Source: an uncultured Verrucomicrobiales bacterium (GTDB lineage Bacteria; Verrucomicrobiota; Verrucomicrobiia; Verrucomicrobiales; DEV007). Taken from it: 60,962 nucleotides of DNA. Positions 57,362 through 60,962 of the stretch are shown piece after piece. Made by a program: the position numbers and the translations under genes. The notes beneath the pieces are model-generated. The model saw only the letters and a list, made by a program, of their open reading frames with translations. It searched no databases and was not told where the DNA came from. Each line of letters starts with the position of its first letter. Position 1 is the first letter of the stretch. The stretch is taken from contig CALKOM010000040.1 in NCBI GenBank assembly GCA_938091905.1, forward strand, positions 1-60,962, given 5' to 3'.

Positions 57362-58618
57362 ATGAAATTGTTTTTCACAGGTCTTACTGCTGGTCTCTTC
57401 CTTGTTTCCTGTTCCCTTCAAGATCGCGATCTTGCGCCAGTCGCTTCCGGGCCAAGTCTGGCTGGGGTCATTACAGGTGGTTCAGGAAACGGGAAGCTTT
57501 ACGCTGTCCTCTACGAATTGGATAATGGGAAGCATCGACCTGTCGTGGATCAGTTGGTGGGCAAGAATGGGCAGTTTGAGTTTCCCGTAGCGTCAAAGAG
57601 CATCTTTGGGGTCGCTGCTTTTGAAGACTTAAATGTAAATCTTCGGCAAGACCGAGGTGAGTATGCTGGGTACGTGCGTTTCCCTCTAGTGAAGCAGCAG
57701 CCTTCTGGTAAAGCTGGCCCAGTTGTTCGTAGGAAACTTACGCTGCACAAGCGCACGAGGAAATTGGCCAGCCCAATCGTTCTGTCAGAGGAAGCAGCAG
57801 TTGAAGCCGAGCGTCGTGGGCGTCTCGATTCCCGACGAGCTGTCGCTAAGACCGCACCTCCCAAGAAGAAGCAGAAGCCCGCGGGTCCCGCCGCGAAGAC
57901 GCCCGCGCCAGTCCAGCGCGATATTGTGAATTTGGGGGATGCTCGCTTCTCACTTGCTTCTGCCGCCACTGGTTTCCGAGATCCCAGGGCTTTCCAAAAG
58001 CAACACGGCTCAGGGCTCTATCTTGTCGATCCCTATCGTAAGAACAAACTCCCCGTTATCTTTGTCCATGGCGTTTGTGGAGCTGCTCAGGATTGGAGAG
58101 ATCTCTTTCCTCGGCTTGATCTTGGCAGAATACAACCACTAGTCTATCAATATCCAACAGGGATGTCGCTTGAGGCCGCAACGAGTCAGCTTCTCGATTT
58201 CGCTAGGTTGACGAGTAAGCGTTACCGCTATCGCGATGTTCAGGTTGTTGGTCTGGGCACAGGTGGCCTGATTGCTAAGGCCTTTGCGCTGCGTAGTCGT
58301 AGTGTGCGCGTCACCTTGCTGGTCACTCTGGGGGCGCCATGGAGCGGGTTAAAAGTGCCCACAGGCAAGGTTCAACGGGGCCATGTTTCCTGGGACCTCC
58401 GCTCGAATAGTCCCTTCCTCAAGCAGGCTCGTTGTTCGTTCTCTGGGCCGCACTATTTGCTCTTTGCCTATCAGGAGGCCGGGGCCCTATCCAGTCAGCT
58501 CGACCCTCGGGTCCAAGATGTCGCGACTCGGGTGCAAGGCTTCCCCACAGATGTGCGAGGCCTGGTCCGGTCCGCTGGTGCCGCGCAGCAAGTGCGCCGC
58601 GCTTTGGGACGGAGGTAG
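57362..58618 (+). CDS. Lipoprotein with alpha/beta-hydrolase-like domain lacking the catalytic Ser
   Basis: Lipobox LVSC, PVIFVHG, YQYPTG and LVTLGAPWSG. The elbow reads GLGTGG instead of GHSxGG. Confidence 0.8.
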   Translation: MKLFFTGLTAGLFLVSCSLQDRDLAPVASGPSLAGVITGGSGNGKLYAVLYELDNGKHRPVVDQLVGKNGQFEFPVASKSIFGVAAFEDLNVNLRQDRGEYAGYVRFPLVKQQPSGKAGPVVRRKLTLHKRTRKLASPIVLSEEAAVEAERRGRLDSRRAVAKTAPPKKKQKPAGPAAKTPAPVQRDIVNLGDARFSLASAATGFRDPRAFQKQHGSGLYLVDPYRKNKLPVIFVHGVCGAAQDWRDLFPRLDLGRIQPLVYQYPTGMSLEAATSQLLDFARLTSKRYRYRDVQVVGLGTGGLIAKAFALRSRSVRVTLLVTLGAPWSGLKVPTGKVQRGHVSWDLRSNSPFLKQARCSFSGPHYLLFAYQEAGALSSQLDPRVQDVATRVQGFPTDVRGLVRSAGAAQQVRRALGRR

Positions 58619-58661
58619 ATCGAGAATGGGCGAGTTGACGTGCCAAGTGTGTTAGGTCAGG

Positions 58662-59666
58662 ATGACCGGCAGGGATTGGGCTGCTCACCTTTCTGCGATT
58701 CGTGAGAATGATCGTGTTGTGTTTGAGGGGCTGTTAGATTCATTGGGCGAAGTCGAATTCGGACAGACGAATGAGACTCGCTAGGCATCTTGGTTCTCCG
58801 GTATTGGATTCACCCTGATCCAATTGACGGCGTTCTTACGATCTGATTGGGCCCCGGGGCTTCTTGAGCGTGGTATGCTGGTGGATCTCAATACTGCGTG
58901 TGACCTTGGCGACGTGGAGGCGGTGAAATGTCTACTCGATAATGATAGTAGTGCTCATGAAAAATCGATCAATACGTATGTGCCAGCGCAGTTCGCGCTT
59001 AGACATCCGAGGACGTTGCGCGCATTGCTAGAACATGGAGACGACGCGGACCGCTCTATTCAGAAACTGGCTTGGTTTGATTGGGAAGATCTTGCGGCGG
59101 AACGAGGAGTCTCTGATTGGCGTTTGATCCATATGGTAGGAGTTGGTCGGGGGAAAGAAATCGAGACTGCGAAAGTCTTGAACGAGTTTGGTGCCGATTT
59201 GGAAGCCACTGCATCGCCATTTGGCGACGCCGCCATCCACCTCGCCGCGATCTACGATCGAGCGCCGCTGATTCGTTGGTTTGTAGAGCAGGGCGTGGCC
59301 GTGGATCTCCCTTCTGTGGATTCTGGAGTAGCATGTGGGGAGGCGGACTTGTTCGAGGCGGAACCGTTTTCCCCTTTCGACGGCAACGGCAAGACTTCGT
59401 TGATGCTCACACTCGGTGAGGGACAGTCTGAGGCCGTAAATGTGTTGATAGAGCTAGGCGCTGACGTGTACGCGCAGAACTCCTTAGGACACACTCCGGA
59501 ACACTATGCCGCAGGTGCCTTCTGGCAGGAGAATCTGGCTCACGTGGAGCGTCTTGTTGAGCGCAGTGCGAACCTAAAGGAGCATAGCAAGAGCGATGAG
59601 CTTCCTCTCGATCTGGCCAAGAAGAAAGGCTATCAAGAGACTATAAGCCTACTTCAGAAGATATGA
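58662..59666 (+). pseudogene. Ankyrin-repeat protein with in-frame TAG near the N-terminus
   Basis: ATG 58662 is in frame with ORF 58824-59666, with TAG at 58782-84. Ankyrin motifs GDAAIHLAA, GKTSLM, GHTPEHYAA and PLDLA. A shorter intact form starting downstream cannot be excluded. Confidence 0.7.
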
Positions 59667-60061
59667 AGAACTTTGGAATTGAATCTTCAATACCTGTCTT
59701 GTGAATGCTCGATGAGGCAAAGGGTAGGGCCTTCTATGTCGACTACCTGGGATACAATGTCGAATGGGAACATCGCTTTGGCGAGGAGGCGACTTCGCCT
59801 CTCTACATGGAGATTCGTCTGGGGAATTCGGTCCTTCACCTCAATGGCCATGCAGAGCCAGACGCGCCCATTTGCGAAGTGCGGATTCCTGTAAAGCAGC
59901 TTAAGGGCTATTGCGAGTATCTAACACAGCGAGCTAAGGACCTTGGCTTTGGGAAACCCGAAATCGTGGATCCACGCTACGAGGGACGCCTGACTGACAT
60001 GAACATTGTCGACCCCTCTGCAAACCATCTAGTCTTCTGGACACCGAGCCAATTGGCCTGA
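59663..60061 (+). pseudogene. Glyoxalase/bleomycin-resistance (VOC) protein with early TGA
   Basis: An ATGA-coupled start at 59663 reads MKNFGIESSIPVL*MLDEAKGRAFYVDYLG, where the family reads IPxLR. C-terminal DPSANHLVF. Confidence 0.8.
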
Positions 60062-60078
60062 ACGCCCTGCTCATAAGA

Positions 60079-60962
60079 GGCGGATTCAATTTGCTAGCGC
60101 ACAAAAAGGTCGGCAGAGACGCGGTAAAGAGGTAGGGCATCGCTCAACTTTTAAACCAAACAATGCCAAAGACTTACCGACGCCTGTGCTAACATGAAAG
60201 AAATACCATCGCCCGTATGCTCCAGCAAGGGAATAACTCCTCAGAGATAGCGAAGACCCTTGGATTTCACTTAAGCACGATCAGCAGAGAGATCCAACGC
60301 AACTCGGGGCTGTGTGGATACCGACCCAAGCAAGCAGGGACGTTTGCTGTTGAGCGGAAGGCGACGCAGCGTAAGAAGCCGAAGATCACTGGCGATCTTG
60401 CAGACGAGGTCGAAACGCGCATTCGCTTGCTCCACAGCCCAGAACAGATCTCGGGCTCGTTACGCAGAGATTACGGCGACACCGTTAGTCACGAAACAAT
60501 CTATCGCTACATCGCTAGGGATAAAAAGCAGGCGGTGAACTCTACGTGTGCTTGAGAATCAATTCTCGGCGGCGGCGCAGACCTCGCGTGAAAGGCTCTC
60601 GTAGCCAAATCACTAATCGTTTCGACATTTCGCAGCGACCAGCATCGGTGGAAACCCGAAGATTCTATGGTGATTGGGAGGTTGACCTCGTTGAGGGCTC
60701 CAAAGGAACGGGCTTCATTCTTAGCATGGTGGATCGTAAGAGCCGCTACAGCCTATTGGAGAAGCTTGAAGACAAGAAAGCTCCCACCGTGGCATGCGCC
60801 ATTGTCAATCGGCTTCTTGGCGACAAGGTCCGCTCGTTGACCTACGACAATGGTCTGGAGTTCGCCAACCATCTGGAGATCTCGCAACAGCTTGATGCCA
60901 AGGGCTACTTCTGCGCCCCCTATCATTCGTGGGAAAAGGGGCTGGTCGAGAATCACAACGGG
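60079..60962 (+). mobile_element. IS30-family element (left part), transposase inactivated
   Basis: IR-like GGCGGATTCAATTTGCTAGCGCACA at 60079. ATG 60163, TAA 60190-92, HTH STISREIQRN, SPEQI, SHETIY. A frameshift near 60525 leads to GDWEVDLV, LTYDNGLEF and PYHSWEKGLVENHNG. Confidence 0.93.

Noticed and set aside
36758..60192. Genome-wide stop-codon reassignment or pyrrolysine (several in-frame TAGs)
   Set aside because: Internal stops include TAA and TGA as well as TAG and co-occur with frameshifts. TAG also ends intact genes at their normal C-termini (response regulator 1889, argB 23115, argD 43217).
1..60962. CRISPR arrays, tRNA/rRNA, prophage or known defence systems
   Set aside because: I saw no spaced repeats, cloverleaf signatures or diagnostic proteins by eye. 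Infernal or tRNAscan would be needed to exclude small RNAs.

Overview
Bacterial chromosomal segment. The gene content and protein style suggest a Verrucomicrobiota/PVC organism; this is an inference. Intact core genes include a CusRS-like two-component pair, riboflavin synthase, a group-3-type Mrp Na+/H+ antiporter operon (E-F-G-DUF4040-B-C-D-D-x-D, no mrpA), a rex-ogg-tonB-exbB-exbD run, ptsH/ptsI, a di-heme peroxidase, argB/argD/argF, folA, a GT2, an L,D-transpeptidase, rpsT, an aldolase-oxidoreductase-PfkB-sulfatase catabolic cluster, glmM, hemW, a squalene/phytoene synthase, iscA and amtB. The dominant signal is selective gene decay. About nine genes are broken by nonsense codons, frameshifts or IS insertion: a heme peroxidase, a Uma2 nuclease, glmS, a secreted repeat protein, two hybrid kinases, an ankyrin protein, a glyoxalase and an IS30 transposase. 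Neighbouring housekeeping genes are clean. The broken glmS implies possible amino-sugar auxotrophy and a host-dependent lifestyle. The most speculative novelty is a YlbF-family gene with a Cys-rich tail reading GGGG-UGA-GC-UAA. A hairpin follows at bacterial-SECIS spacing, which makes it a candidate selenoprotein. I saw no tRNA, rRNA or CRISPR array. All family calls come from motif recognition by eye, not from database searches.
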